In this document: piece after piece, positions 48,297 through 57,607 of the stretch
Numbering within the stretch: position 1 is the first letter of the stretch
Layout of the letters: every line of letters starts with the position of its first letter
DNA from: an uncultured Acidobacteriota bacterium
GTDB lineage: Bacteria > Actinomycetota > Acidimicrobiia > Spongiisociales > ZC4RG35
Reading direction: 5' to 3'
Length of the DNA: 64,000 nucleotides
Assembly: GCA_963828465.1 (NCBI GenBank)
Contig: CAWHEU010000024.1
Location: 64,001 to 128,000 of the forward strand
Position numbers and translations under genes: made by a program
The notes under the pieces: generated by a model
Told to the model about the DNA's origin: nothing
The model's database searches: none
What the model saw: only the letters and a program-made list of their open reading frames with translations

Positions 48297-49700
48297 TCAG
48301 AGCAGCGCAGCGGCGACCAGGAGGAACCCGCCGAAGCCGACCGCGTCAGTGATCATCGTGAGCAGGATCGACGAAGCGAGGGCGGGGTCGAGGCCGAGAC
48401 GACGCAGAACCAGGGGAATCGCCGATCCCGCCAGGGTCGCGATAAGCAGATTGGCCAGACAGGCGATCCCGATAACGAGGGCGACCGTCACCGGGTCCGA
48501 GTTGCTCTGGAAGACCCCCGAGTCGACCAAGACATAGGTCATGGCGGCGGCGGCCACGGCGAGAAGCACGCCGTTGAGGATCCCCACCCCGGCCTGTCGA
48601 AGCAGGATCGAGGGCACTTGGGCCCGGGGCACGTCGTCGGAGGCCAGGGAGCGGATCATCACTGCCAGGCTCTGATTCCCCCCGTTGCCGCCCAGGGTGG
48701 CCACGATTGGCATCAGCGCGGCGAGCACGGGCTCGGTCGAGATGATGCTGGTCTGACGCTCGATGACCCAAGCGACGAAAGTGGCCAGGACCAGGTTGAG
48801 GAGGAGCCACGGCGCGCGGGAGCGGAACGACTTGGTCACGTCGGTGTAGACGGTTTCACCGAGACCCGCGCCAACCGCTGCGGCGAAATCTTCGGTGGCC
48901 TCGTCCTGGACCGCTTCGATGACAGCGTCGGTCGTGACGACCCCGATAAGGCGGCCCTGCTCGTCGACGACCGGGATCCCGAACAGGCGATACCTCTGGG
49001 CGAGCTCGGCTACCTCTTCCCGGTCGGTCATCCCCTCGACCGACACCGGGTCGGGCACCATCACCTCTTCGAGGCTGGCCCCGGGGCGGGCGAACACCAG
49101 ATCGCGGAAGTAGATGACGCCCCTCAGCTTCTGGTCATCGTCCACGACGTAGACGTAGGCGAAGTCCTCGTACTGCTCGTGCAGCTGTCGGATCCTCTCG
49201 ATTGCCTCGCCGGCCGTCAGGCCTAGGGGCAGAGCGGCGATCTCGGTGGTCATGAGACCGCCTGCGGTGTCGGAGGGGTACTCGAGCAGGCGGCGGATCT
49301 CTTGCTCCGACTCGTCGTCGAGCATGGCGAGGACGCTTTCCGTGACGTCGTCGTCCAGCTCGTACAGGAGGTCGGCTGCGGCCTCGCCGGTCATCTCGCT
49401 GACGGCGGCGGTGAGGTCGGCGATTGGAACGTCTTCGACGAGTTCGGCGGCGAGCTCCGGGGCGATCTGCTCCAAGATGTCGGCGACATCTTCGGGCTCC
49501 AGCTCGGCGAGCAGGCCCGCCGCGTCCTCTTCGGTCAGCTGCTCCAGGACGTCTGCTGCGTCACCGGGGGCGGCTTCGGCGAGCGCCTCCCACTCCTCAC
49601 CGTGAGTCTCGAGATAGTCGGCGACTTCTTCGTGGTCGCGGCGCGCGGCAGCCAGGAGATCCCTGGCAAGCTGGCGCGGCCTTCTGAGTCTGAGTCTCAC
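48297..49700 (-). CDS. mgtE: Magnesium transporter MgtE
   Basis: Acidic N-domain, TAGGLMTTE, a CBS pair, R.PWL, GGN.G.Q, DPA.AS and T.ITD..GF. Confidence 0.92.
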   Translation of the reverse strand: MRLRLRRPRQLARDLLAAARRDHEEVADYLETHGEEWEALAEAAPGDAADVLEQLTEEDAAGLLAELEPEDVADILEQIAPELAAELVEDVPIADLTAAVSEMTGEAAADLLYELDDDVTESVLAMLDDESEQEIRRLLEYPSDTAGGLMTTEIAALPLGLTAGEAIERIRQLHEQYEDFAYVYVVDDDQKLRGVIYFRDLVFARPGASLEEVMVPDPVSVEGMTDREEVAELAQRYRLFGIPVVDEQGRLIGVVTTDAVIEAVQDEATEDFAAAVGAGLGETVYTDVTKSFRSRAPWLLLNLVLATFVAWVIERQTSIISTEPVLAALMPIVATLGGNGGNQSLAVMIRSLASDDVPRAQVPSILLRQAGVGILNGVLLAVAAAAMTYVLVDSGVFQSNSDPVTVALVIGIACLANLLIATLAGSAIPLVLRRLGLDPALASSILLTMITDAVGFGGFLLVAAALL

Positions 49701-49736
49701 CGGTACCCCTCGAACGGCGAACCGGCCAGAGAGTAG

Positions 49737-49899
49737 AGCGCTCCGACCCGCAGGTCATCGCACGTGTCCCGCCGTCCCTCGACGCCCCTGGGCTTCGTCC
49801 TCGTCCTCAACGCACTACCAGTGCGTCTTCGTCCTGCGTCCTTGCCAGGAACGCCGAGGACTCGGCGTTACAAGCACGGGACCTACGAGCCGGAGCGCT
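49737..49899. repeat. RPE-like long palindromic element (about 160 bp)
   Basis: Ends AGCGCTCCGACCCGCAGGTC and GACCTACGAGCCGGAGCGCT, with a central ACGCAC-TACCA-GTGCGT hairpin. Confidence 0.65.
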
Positions 49900-50374
49900 A
49901 CCCCTCGTAGGGGCGAACCGCTTTGATCGTCACGCGGAACGTTCCGGCGGGAGCCTCGTAGGGGACCTCGTCCCCGATCGAAGCTCCGAGCAGGGCGCCA
50001 CCCAGCGGGCTGGTGGGCGAGGCCAGGAGCAGACCCGAGACCTTGTTCTCCTGGGGGGCGACGAAGTAGTCGAGCTCGTCCCCGTCGGAGTCGACCACGG
50101 TGACGACACTTCCTACCTCCACCCGCCCGGTGTCCTTCACCTCTCTCACCTCCGCGTTGTTGAGCAGAAACTCGAGCTTCCGGATCCGGGCCTCCATCAG
50201 GCCCTGGTCGTTCTTGGCGGCGTCATAGTCCGCGTTCTCGCGCAGATCGCCGTGGGATCGGGCCTCGGCGATCCGCTCTTCGATCTCACGCCTCCCGGCG
50301 GTCTTCAATTCATCCAACTCATCCTGCATCTTCTGATGTGCGGCAGGGGTCAGGAAAGTCGGTTCGTCGATCAT
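49898..50374 (-). CDS. greA: Transcription elongation factor GreA
   Basis: AR.HGDLRENADYDAAK..Q and S..SPLG.ALLG motifs. Confidence 0.95.
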   Translation of the reverse strand: MIDEPTFLTPAAHQKMQDELDELKTAGRREIEERIAEARSHGDLRENADYDAAKNDQGLMEARIRKLEFLLNNAEVREVKDTGRVEVGSVVTVVDSDGDELDYFVAPQENKVSGLLLASPTSPLGGALLGASIGDEVPYEAPAGTFRVTIKAVRPYEG

Positions 50375-50469
50375 GAGCGCGGGAAGGCTAACCCCGGGCC
50401 TATGCCTATCCGAAGGCGGCCGCCCCGGCCCCGGAGGGCAATCGTGAGGCCAGGGCTATCTTCTCCGGG

Positions 50470-51495
50470 GTGACTGATGTGCGCATGACCGAGTATTCCC
50501 ACGGGGCCGGTTGCGCCTGCAAGCTCGGGCCCGACGACCTGGCCAGGGTGATGGGAACGGTCATCGGGCACGCGGCCAGCTCACACCCCGACCTCCTGGT
50601 TGGAACTGCTTCCTCGGATGACGCGGGCGTATACGACATCGGCGCCGGTCGTGCCCTCGTGCAGACCGTCGACATCTTCACCCCGGTGGTCGACTCGCCT
50701 TCGGACTGGGGTCGCATCGCAGCGGCCAACGCTCTCAGCGATGTCTATGCCATGGGTGGAGCGCCCCTGACCGCCTTGCAATATCTGGCTTGGCCCCGGG
50801 ACCGGCTCGACTTGGACCTGGCGGCCGATGTGATCTCCGGTGGCATGGAGGTCATGGCGAAGGCAGAGTGCACTGTGGTCGGAGGGCACTCGATCGACAG
50901 CCCCGAGCCGACCTATGGCTTTGCAGTAACCGGCATGGTCGGGTCCGACTCGTATTTCCCGAACTCGGGGGCGGAGCCGGGCGACACGTTGATCCTGACC
51001 AAGCCTTTGGGGATCGGCATCGTCACGACCGCCATCAAGCGCGGGAAGTGCCCACCCGACCTGGCTACCAAAGCGATCGAGTCGATGACCACGCTGAATG
51101 ATGTCGCAGGCAACGCCCTGACTCGGAGCTCGGCGCACGCCGCCACCGATGTCACCGGCTTCGGCCTGCTCGGCCATCTCCGGGAGATGTGCCTCGCTTC
51201 CGACGTCTCGGCGACGATCGCCCTGCATCGTGTCCCGGTTTTCGACGGGGTGAGAGAGTTGCTGGACGCGGGGATGTGGGCCGGTGGATCGGCGCGCAAC
51301 CTGAAGTCTGTCCTCGAGTTCGTCGAGTCAGAGGTAGACGAGGACGACCTGAAGTTGTTGGCGGATGCCCAGACGTCCGGCGGGCTCCTGGTGGCCGTTC
51401 CGTCGGAGTCGGCCGGCGAGTACTTCCAATCGGTGCCTGGATCGGCCCTCATCGGCCGCGTCGAGTCCGGCACCGGAATCACGGTCACGGCGTGA
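50470..51495 (+). CDS. selD: Selenide, water dikinase (Cys form)
   Basis: HGAGCACKL, DDAGVY, QTVD.FTPVVD, AANALSDVYAMGG, GGHSI, TDVTGFGLLGH and D.QTSGGLL motifs. Confidence 0.93.
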   Translation: MTDVRMTEYSHGAGCACKLGPDDLARVMGTVIGHAASSHPDLLVGTASSDDAGVYDIGAGRALVQTVDIFTPVVDSPSDWGRIAAANALSDVYAMGGAPLTALQYLAWPRDRLDLDLAADVISGGMEVMAKAECTVVGGHSIDSPEPTYGFAVTGMVGSDSYFPNSGAEPGDTLILTKPLGIGIVTTAIKRGKCPPDLATKAIESMTTLNDVAGNALTRSSAHAATDVTGFGLLGHLREMCLASDVSATIALHRVPVFDGVRELLDAGMWAGGSARNLKSVLEFVESEVDEDDLKLLADAQTSGGLLVAVPSESAGEYFQSVPGSALIGRVESGTGITVTA

Positions 51496-51917
51496 ACAGT
51501 CAGGAGCGACTCGAAGCGATCGCAGTGGCTCTGTCCATCCCCCGGGCAGAGCGACACATCTTCCTCTGCGCCGATCAGACCAACCCCAAATGCGCACCCC
51601 GCGAAGTCACTCACGCCCTGTGGAGCCATCTCAAGTCGAGGCTCAAGGATCTGGGTCTGGCTTCGGCGCCGCCACCCTGGTCAGGCAAGCCGGAGGCAGA
51701 AGCCACGGAGGTGGAGCGAGGCGATGGGTCAGTCCTGAGGAGCAAGGTCGACTGTCTCCGCATCTGCGAGCAAGGGGCGATCTGCGTCGTCTATCCCGAA
51801 GGCACCTGGTACGCCGGCCTCACCGAGGAGTCGCTGGACCGGATCATCGATGAGCACCTGACGTCAGGCACTCCCGTCGAGGATCTCGTCTTCACCGTGA
51901 CGGGAGGTGCTCGATGA
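51492..51917 (+). CDS. Thioredoxin-like [2Fe-2S] ferredoxin
   Basis: RHIFLCADQT.PKC and CLRICEQG.I.VVYPEGTWY...IIDEHL..G.PV motifs. GTGA overlap with selD. Confidence 0.85.
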   Translation: MNSQERLEAIAVALSIPRAERHIFLCADQTNPKCAPREVTHALWSHLKSRLKDLGLASAPPPWSGKPEAEATEVERGDGSVLRSKVDCLRICEQGAICVVYPEGTWYAGLTEESLDRIIDEHLTSGTPVEDLVFTVTGGAR

Positions 51918-52813
51918 AGAAGCTCTGGGGCTGGCTGGTGGCCTTGATCGTGTGGCGGGCTTTCGCCCCGACCATCAGCCCTCGTTTCGCACCACCTCAA
52001 GAGCACCCTTGGCGTACGGCGGGACGAACCGTGTTCGTGGGGGACCAGGAGTTCGTGGTGCGCGAGGCCGGCCCCGAAGGCGCACCGATGCTGCTGATGA
52101 TCCACGGTTTGGCCGGGTCGTCCCTCGCCGAGTGGTACCGGATCGGGCCCGGTCTCGCCGAGAAGTATCGGGTGATAATGGTCGACCACCGCAGTCATGG
52201 GTTGGCCCCTCTGGCCAGGGACCGCTTCGAGGTGGAAGACCTCGCCGACGACATGGCCGGAGTCTTAGATGCTCTCGGTGTTGGCCGGGTATCGATAGTC
52301 GGGTACTCGATGGGTGGCACCATCGCCCAGGCCTTTGCCCGCCGTCATCCCCACCGGGTCGACCGTTTGGCCCTCATCGCCACCTTCACCCATCACCCCC
52401 AGCCGCACCGCGTCTTCCGGGCTGTTGGGGCGGTGCTCGCCCGAGCCGGGGAGCGTCTCACCGGGCTGGGGACCCCCGAGGCCCGCTCGTACTACCTCCG
52501 TTGGACCGGTGCCGTCGAGGAGCGCCACGCGCGATGGCTCTGGGAGGAGACCCACCGCCGGGATGTCGATGCCGGCGCCCAGGCGACGCTGGCCCTCCTT
52601 CGGTTCGACTCGCGTCCGTGGATCGGGAAGATCGAGATCGAGACCCTCGTGGTCATCCCGACGTTGGACGAGCTGGTTCCGGCTGCCTGGCAATACGAGC
52701 TGGCGGCATCGCTGCCCAATGCGACCGTCGTCGAGCTGCCCGGGGTCCGGCACGAGGCGCCCTGGACCCATCCGGACCGGGTCGTCGAAGTGATCTCAGC
52801 CTTTGTCGGCTGA
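51914..52813 (+). CDS. Alpha/beta hydrolase with an N-terminal hydrophobic anchor
   Basis: IHG, D.R.HG, the GYSMGG nucleophile elbow, Asp in DELVP and His in RHE. Confidence 0.85.
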   Translation: MKKLWGWLVALIVWRAFAPTISPRFAPPQEHPWRTAGRTVFVGDQEFVVREAGPEGAPMLLMIHGLAGSSLAEWYRIGPGLAEKYRVIMVDHRSHGLAPLARDRFEVEDLADDMAGVLDALGVGRVSIVGYSMGGTIAQAFARRHPHRVDRLALIATFTHHPQPHRVFRAVGAVLARAGERLTGLGTPEARSYYLRWTGAVEERHARWLWEETHRRDVDAGAQATLALLRFDSRPWIGKIEIETLVVIPTLDELVPAAWQYELAASLPNATVVELPGVRHEAPWTHPDRVVEVISAFVG

Positions 52814-54575
52814 GAGACGTCCTTCGAGCGGGGCGCTCACCGACAGCCGCCTGTCCAATCTGGGCGCCAACCGGATCCTGGAGGGGTTCGAGGAGTACGT
52901 GTCCCGATTCCGGGCGATAAACCAACGAGCACCCCGCCGTTTCGAGGAGCGCGATTGGCCCGGGATGCAAAGCGATGCCGTCGAGCGTCTCCGTCTTTAC
53001 ACGGTGGTGGTCGATCGGGTAATGGAGTCGGTGACCCACCTGCTCGCTGCCAGAGCCGACGACCCCTTGGTATGGGTGGCAGTCAAAGCGGTCTATTCGG
53101 GCCTGATCTCCGACCGGCAGGATTGGGAGCTCGCCGAGACCTTCTACAACTCCGTCACCCGGCGCGTTTTCAAGACTGTCGGCGTCGCCGAGCACATCGA
53201 GTTCGTCGACTCCGACTTCGACAGCCCGCCCATCCCGTCTCGAGAGTCGGTGTATCTGACCTTCGACCGTAGGGAGTCGACCACCGGTCTGGTCCGGGAC
53301 ATCCTCAACACGTTCGCCCACGCAATCCCGTATGCCCGATTGGATGCCGACGCAGACGAGGTAGCGGGGCGGATCGATGCTCGGCTCAGTGAGCCCGGCG
53401 CACTCGCGGCGGTGGGCAAGGCGGAGATCGTGCGCACCGTCTTCTACCGCGGGCAGTCTGCATACATAGTCGGGCTGCTGTATGCCGGGTCGCACAGGTT
53501 CCCGCTGATCATCGCTCTGAGTCACGGCGACGAGGGAATTTTCGTGGACGCAGTCCTCCTCACCGAGGACGAGGCGTCAATCGTGTTCAGCTTCACCAGG
53601 TCGTATTTCTCCGTCGACGTTGCCCGTCCCTACGACCTGGCCCGCTTCCTCCGCCGACTCATGCCCCGGAAGCGCCTCGCTGAGATCTACATCGCCGTCG
53701 GGCAGGACAAGCACGGCAAGACCGAGCTTTACCGCGACCTGCTCCGACATCTGCGATCGACGGAGGAGCAGTTCCAGCCGGTGCCGGGGACGAAGGGCCT
53801 CGTGATGATCGTGTTCGGCATGCCGGGCCACGACGACGTCTTCAAGGTGATCCGTGACACATTCCCGCCACCGAAACGAACCACCCGGCGAGGGGTGATG
53901 GGTAAATACCGGCTGGTCTTCCAACACGACCGAGCGGGGAGGCTGATGGACGTCCAAGACTTCCAGCATCTCGAGTTCCACCGGTCGCGATTCTCGTCCG
54001 CGGTCCTCGACGAGTTGCTATCCGAGGCGGCGCAGACCGTTCGGCTCGAGGGCGATTCGGTGATCATCAGCCACGTCTACGTCGAGCGCCGGGTGGTGCC
54101 GCTCGACGTCTATGTCCGGGAGGCGGCGCGTCCGGCCGCCGTCGATGCAGTGGTCGACTTCGGACAGTCGATCAAAGACATGGCCTCGACAAACATCTTT
54201 CCCGGCGACCTGCTCCCCAAGAACTTCGGCGTGACCCGCCACGGCCGGGTCGTGTTCTACGACTACGACGAGCTGAGCTCCCTCGTCGACATCAACTTCC
54301 GGGAGCTGCCCGCAGCCCGTGACGAAGTCGAAGAACTGGGGTCGGAGCCCTGGTTCCCGGTGGGCGACAACGATGTGTTCCCAGAGGAGCATCAGAGCTT
54401 TCTCGGGCTGGCCCCGGACCTGCGCCAGGTCTTCTTCGACCATCATGCCGACTTGTTCGGTATCGACGCCTGGCGCGCCATCCAGACCCGTATCAGATCA
54501 GGCGAGTTGATCGAAGTCTTCCCATACCGTCAGACCGCCCGTCTCCCCGGGACAGGAGCCTCCCGGGGGTGGTGA
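52803..54575 (+). CDS. aceK: Bifunctional isocitrate dehydrogenase kinase/phosphatase
   Basis: ELAETFYNSV, FSFTRSYF, KHGKTELYR, PGTKGLVMIVF, VFKVIRD, HDRAGRL.D, NIFPGDLL.KNFGVTRHGRVVFYDYDE and DVFPEE motifs. Confidence 0.93.
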   Translation: MSAERRPSSGALTDSRLSNLGANRILEGFEEYVSRFRAINQRAPRRFEERDWPGMQSDAVERLRLYTVVVDRVMESVTHLLAARADDPLVWVAVKAVYSGLISDRQDWELAETFYNSVTRRVFKTVGVAEHIEFVDSDFDSPPIPSRESVYLTFDRRESTTGLVRDILNTFAHAIPYARLDADADEVAGRIDARLSEPGALAAVGKAEIVRTVFYRGQSAYIVGLLYAGSHRFPLIIALSHGDEGIFVDAVLLTEDEASIVFSFTRSYFSVDVARPYDLARFLRRLMPRKRLAEIYIAVGQDKHGKTELYRDLLRHLRSTEEQFQPVPGTKGLVMIVFGMPGHDDVFKVIRDTFPPPKRTTRRGVMGKYRLVFQHDRAGRLMDVQDFQHLEFHRSRFSSAVLDELLSEAAQTVRLEGDSVIISHVYVERRVVPLDVYVREAARPAAVDAVVDFGQSIKDMASTNIFPGDLLPKNFGVTRHGRVVFYDYDELSSLVDINFRELPAARDEVEELGSEPWFPVGDNDVFPEEHQSFLGLAPDLRQVFFDHHADLFGIDAWRAIQTRIRSGELIEVFPYRQTARLPGTGASRGW

Positions 54576-54719
54576 CCCACGTTCCTAGGAATCGGGCACC
54601 AGCCTCAAACTTCCCTCCGCCCGATCGTCCACCTCCCCGGATTCCGCCGGACCCATCGCATGCCCGGAGCCTATGTCCGGAATCATCGATTGGCCGGGCA
54701 CACATCTAGCGTTCCGCCG

Positions 54720-55160
54720 ATGCGCACCAGGATGGTGATTCTGGCGGGAATCGTGTTGCTGATCGTGGCATGTGGTGGAGACGACACCGCCACCACTACG
54801 AGCTCGACCACCACGACCGTTCCGACCACCACCACGCAGCCAACGACCACGACGACGATGGCAACTACGACCTCGACGGCAGCCGCGACCACTACGTCAT
54901 CCCAAACGATTGACGTCTCGATAGAGAGCGGCGAGGTGGTCGGGCCGACGACGTTCAGCTTCACCGTGGGGGATGCGGTGTCGATCTGGGTGCTTTCTGA
55001 TGTCGATGCCGAGATCCACGTTCACGGGTACGACCTCTTCTTCGAGGCAACGGCAGGAGTTCCGACCGAGATCGCATTGACCGTCGATGTGCCCGGGATC
55101 TGGGAAGTGGAGCTGGAGGAGACCCACGTTCCACTCTTTGTGCTCGAGGTGACTCCTTGA
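54720..55160 (+). CDS. Lipoprotein with a cupredoxin-like domain
   Basis: IVAC lipobox, Thr stalk, then GD.V.I.V.SD..EIHVHGYD...PG.WEVELEETH. Confidence 0.65.
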   Translation: MRTRMVILAGIVLLIVACGGDDTATTTSSTTTTVPTTTTQPTTTTTMATTTSTAAATTTSSQTIDVSIESGEVVGPTTFSFTVGDAVSIWVLSDVDAEIHVHGYDLFFEATAGVPTEIALTVDVPGIWEVELEETHVPLFVLEVTP

Positions 55161-56515
55161 TTCGACGCTTCGGCGTCGTCTTCTTCGTCGCCGGTCTCGC
55201 CGTCCTCGGCTCGCCTTCGGTGGCGATGGCGCACGGGATCGGGGGGAGGCTCGATCTGCCGGTGCCACTCAGCTATTTCATCGTGGGGGCGGGCGTGGTC
55301 CTGGTCATCACTTTCATCGGTCTCGCCGTCCTCTGGCCCGAGCCCCGCCTCCAGGAAGGTCCCCGTCACGATGCCGCCCGGCTCACCGTGCGCCGGGGCT
55401 GGATCCTGCCCACCCTCGGGGTGATCGCCCTCGCCCTCGTTGTCGGGCAGTTGATCCCTCCCCTATTCGGCTTGGAGACCGATCCCACCCGCCCGACCAT
55501 CGCCCCGGTCCTGGTATGGGTCGTTTTCTGGCTGGTGGTCCCCTTCGCAGGCGCCGTCATCGGCGACTGGTACACCGACATCAACCCGTGGCGATCGCTG
55601 GCCAGGGTGCTCCGGCTGGGCCGCGGCGAGCGGGCGGGTCTCCTCGACACTTTCGGCGTGTGGCCCGCTGCAATCGTGCTGGTCGCCTTCACCTGGCTGG
55701 AGTTGGTCAGCCCGGATTCGGGCAATCCGGTCACTCTGGGCACAGCCGCGCTGGTCTACACGCTCGGGATGCTCGGCGCGATGGCATATGCGGGTCGGGA
55801 GAGCGGGCTGGCTGTTTTCGATGGCTTCACCCCGTACAACAGGCTCTTCTCCGCCATTTCTCCGCTGGGGAGACGTGACGACGGCCGTCTGGTCTGGAGG
55901 GGCTGGCTGCGCGCCCTGACCGTCCTTCCCGCCTGGAGGGGGTTACCCGCCTTCGTGGTGGTGGCCATCGGCACCGTCACCTACGACGGCGCCTCGGCGA
56001 CGGAGTCGTTCCGCAGCTTCATGGGGGACTTCGGGCAGACCATGCTCGGGGAAACGGTGCTCCTGATCGGCTGTGTCCTCGCCATCGGCGCCGCCTACTG
56101 GATCGCCTCGTGGGCTGCGGCCCGCATGGTGGGCGGTGAGTGGACAACGGCCCGCGTGGCGATGCGGTTCGCCCACACCTTGGTGCCCATCGCCCTGGCC
56201 TACGCCCTGGCCCACTACATGACACTGATCGTCTTCGAGGGGCAGCAGCTGATCGCCGCCGTGTCAGACCCGTTCGCGCTCGGCTGGGATCTCTTCGACA
56301 CTGCCGACCGCAAGGTCGACTTCTTCATCACTTCCGCCGAGCCGGTGTGGTACGCACAGGTGGCCGTGATCGTCACCGGTCATGTGCTCGGGGTGATCTT
56401 GGCCCACGATCGGGCGCTCGGAGACTTCGGGACAGAGGCCGTTCGCTCTCAGTATGCGATGCTTCTACTTATGGTTGCCCTGACCACACTCGGTCTGCTC
56501 ATCCTCGCGGGGTGA
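55157..56515 (+). CDS. Uncharacterised polytopic membrane protein
   Basis: AMA|HG N-terminus, DLPVP, NPWR, TYDG, LVPIALAY.LAHY, SDPF..GWDLF and GHVLGV.LAHDRAL motifs. Confidence 0.7.
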   Translation: MIRRFGVVFFVAGLAVLGSPSVAMAHGIGGRLDLPVPLSYFIVGAGVVLVITFIGLAVLWPEPRLQEGPRHDAARLTVRRGWILPTLGVIALALVVGQLIPPLFGLETDPTRPTIAPVLVWVVFWLVVPFAGAVIGDWYTDINPWRSLARVLRLGRGERAGLLDTFGVWPAAIVLVAFTWLELVSPDSGNPVTLGTAALVYTLGMLGAMAYAGRESGLAVFDGFTPYNRLFSAISPLGRRDDGRLVWRGWLRALTVLPAWRGLPAFVVVAIGTVTYDGASATESFRSFMGDFGQTMLGETVLLIGCVLAIGAAYWIASWAAARMVGGEWTTARVAMRFAHTLVPIALAYALAHYMTLIVFEGQQLIAAVSDPFALGWDLFDTADRKVDFFITSAEPVWYAQVAVIVTGHVLGVILAHDRALGDFGTEAVRSQYAMLLLMVALTTLGLLILAG

Positions 56516-56694
56516 ACGTGATATTTGCGCACTATGGGGGCATCGACGAGATCGGCATCTTCGTGGTGCCCGCGGTGCTGGCCATCCTCGCCCTGCGTTG
56601 GGCGGAGCGGAGGGCAAAACGGACCGCGGCCGAGAGACAGACCGAACCGGAGATGGAAGCGGTGTCGACAGAAGAGAGCAGCGATGGCGACTGA
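56512..56694 (+). CDS. Small membrane protein (60 aa)
   Basis: GTGA overlap with the upstream gene. VIFAHYGGIDEIGIFVVPAVLAILALRWAERRA; overlaps the ctaB start. Confidence 0.55.
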   Translation: MNVIFAHYGGIDEIGIFVVPAVLAILALRWAERRAKRTAAERQTEPEMEAVSTEESSDGD

Positions 56695-57607
56695 CGGGCA
56701 TGAGATGGCCATCCCGTTGATCACAGACCCCACCGCTGCGGGCGTGTCGGCCAGATCCAAGGCCGCCTCTTATTTCGCACTGACCAAGCCGCGGATCATC
56801 GAGCTGCTGCTCATCACGACAATTCCATCGATGGTCCTGGCTGCAGGTCGCTGGCCGGGGGTGTGGCCGGTCCTCGCCACGCTGATCGGGGGATCCCTTT
56901 CCGCCGGCGGGGCCAACGCTCTCAACAACTACGTCGACCGGGACATCGATCAGATCATGAAGAGGACCCGTTCGAGGCCTCTTGCCCGGCACGAGGTGCC
57001 ACCGTCGAACGCCCTCGTTTTCGGCGTGGCCCTCGGCGTTGCCGGGTTCGCCTGGCTGTGGGCCACCACCAACTTGCTCGCCGCCACCATCGCCACCGCT
57101 GCTCTTCTTTTCTATGTGTTCGTCTACACCCTGAGACTGAAGCGGACCAGCACGCAGAACATCGTGATCGGCGGGGCGGCAGGGGCTGCTCCGACGCTGG
57201 TCGGTTGGGCGGCCGTGACCGGCTCGCTCGACCTTCCTGCCTGGGTGCTCTTCCTCATCGTCTTCTACTGGACGCCACCTCATTTCTGGGCCCTCGCCAT
57301 CAGGTATCGGGACGACTACGAGAAGGCGGGGGTGCCGATGCTCCCGGTGGTGGCCGGGGTCGAGGCCACCACGCGCAAGATGCTGCTCTATACCGGGCTC
57401 ATGGTGGCGATCAGCCTGCTCCTGGTCCCGGTGGCCGGCATGCGCTGGATCTATCTCGGCGCGGCCATCGCCCTCGGTGCCTGGTTTCTCTGGGACACCT
57501 GGCGTGTCTATCGCCGTCCTGAGGATGCGATGCGTCTCTTCACCACGTCGACGGTGTATCTCGCTGCTCTGTTTGGAGCGGTCATGCTCGACGTGCTGGT
57601 GCGATGA
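56684..57607 (+). CDS. ctaB: Protoheme IX farnesyltransferase (heme o synthase)
   Basis: LTKPRII.LL, N.Y.DRDID..M.RT..RPL, LKR...QNIVIGG.AG, WTPPHFWALA and DDY..AGVPMLP motifs. Confidence 0.95.
   Translation: MATDGHEMAIPLITDPTAAGVSARSKAASYFALTKPRIIELLLITTIPSMVLAAGRWPGVWPVLATLIGGSLSAGGANALNNYVDRDIDQIMKRTRSRPLARHEVPPSNALVFGVALGVAGFAWLWATTNLLAATIATAALLFYVFVYTLRLKRTSTQNIVIGGAAGAAPTLVGWAAVTGSLDLPAWVLFLIVFYWTPPHFWALAIRYRDDYEKAGVPMLPVVAGVEATTRKMLLYTGLMVAISLLLVPVAGMRWIYLGAAIALGAWFLWDTWRVYRRPEDAMRLFTTSTVYLAALFGAVMLDVLVR

Noticed and set aside
50470-50530. Selenocysteine in SelD, BCP or the thioredoxin-like proteins
   Set aside because: All active-site codons are Cys codons and no in-frame TGA was seen.
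54576-54719. Possible structured leader upstream of the cupredoxin-like lipoprotein
   Set aside because: Only short GC-rich pairings, and a TAGCGT box 7 nt before the ATG suggests a leaderless transcript.
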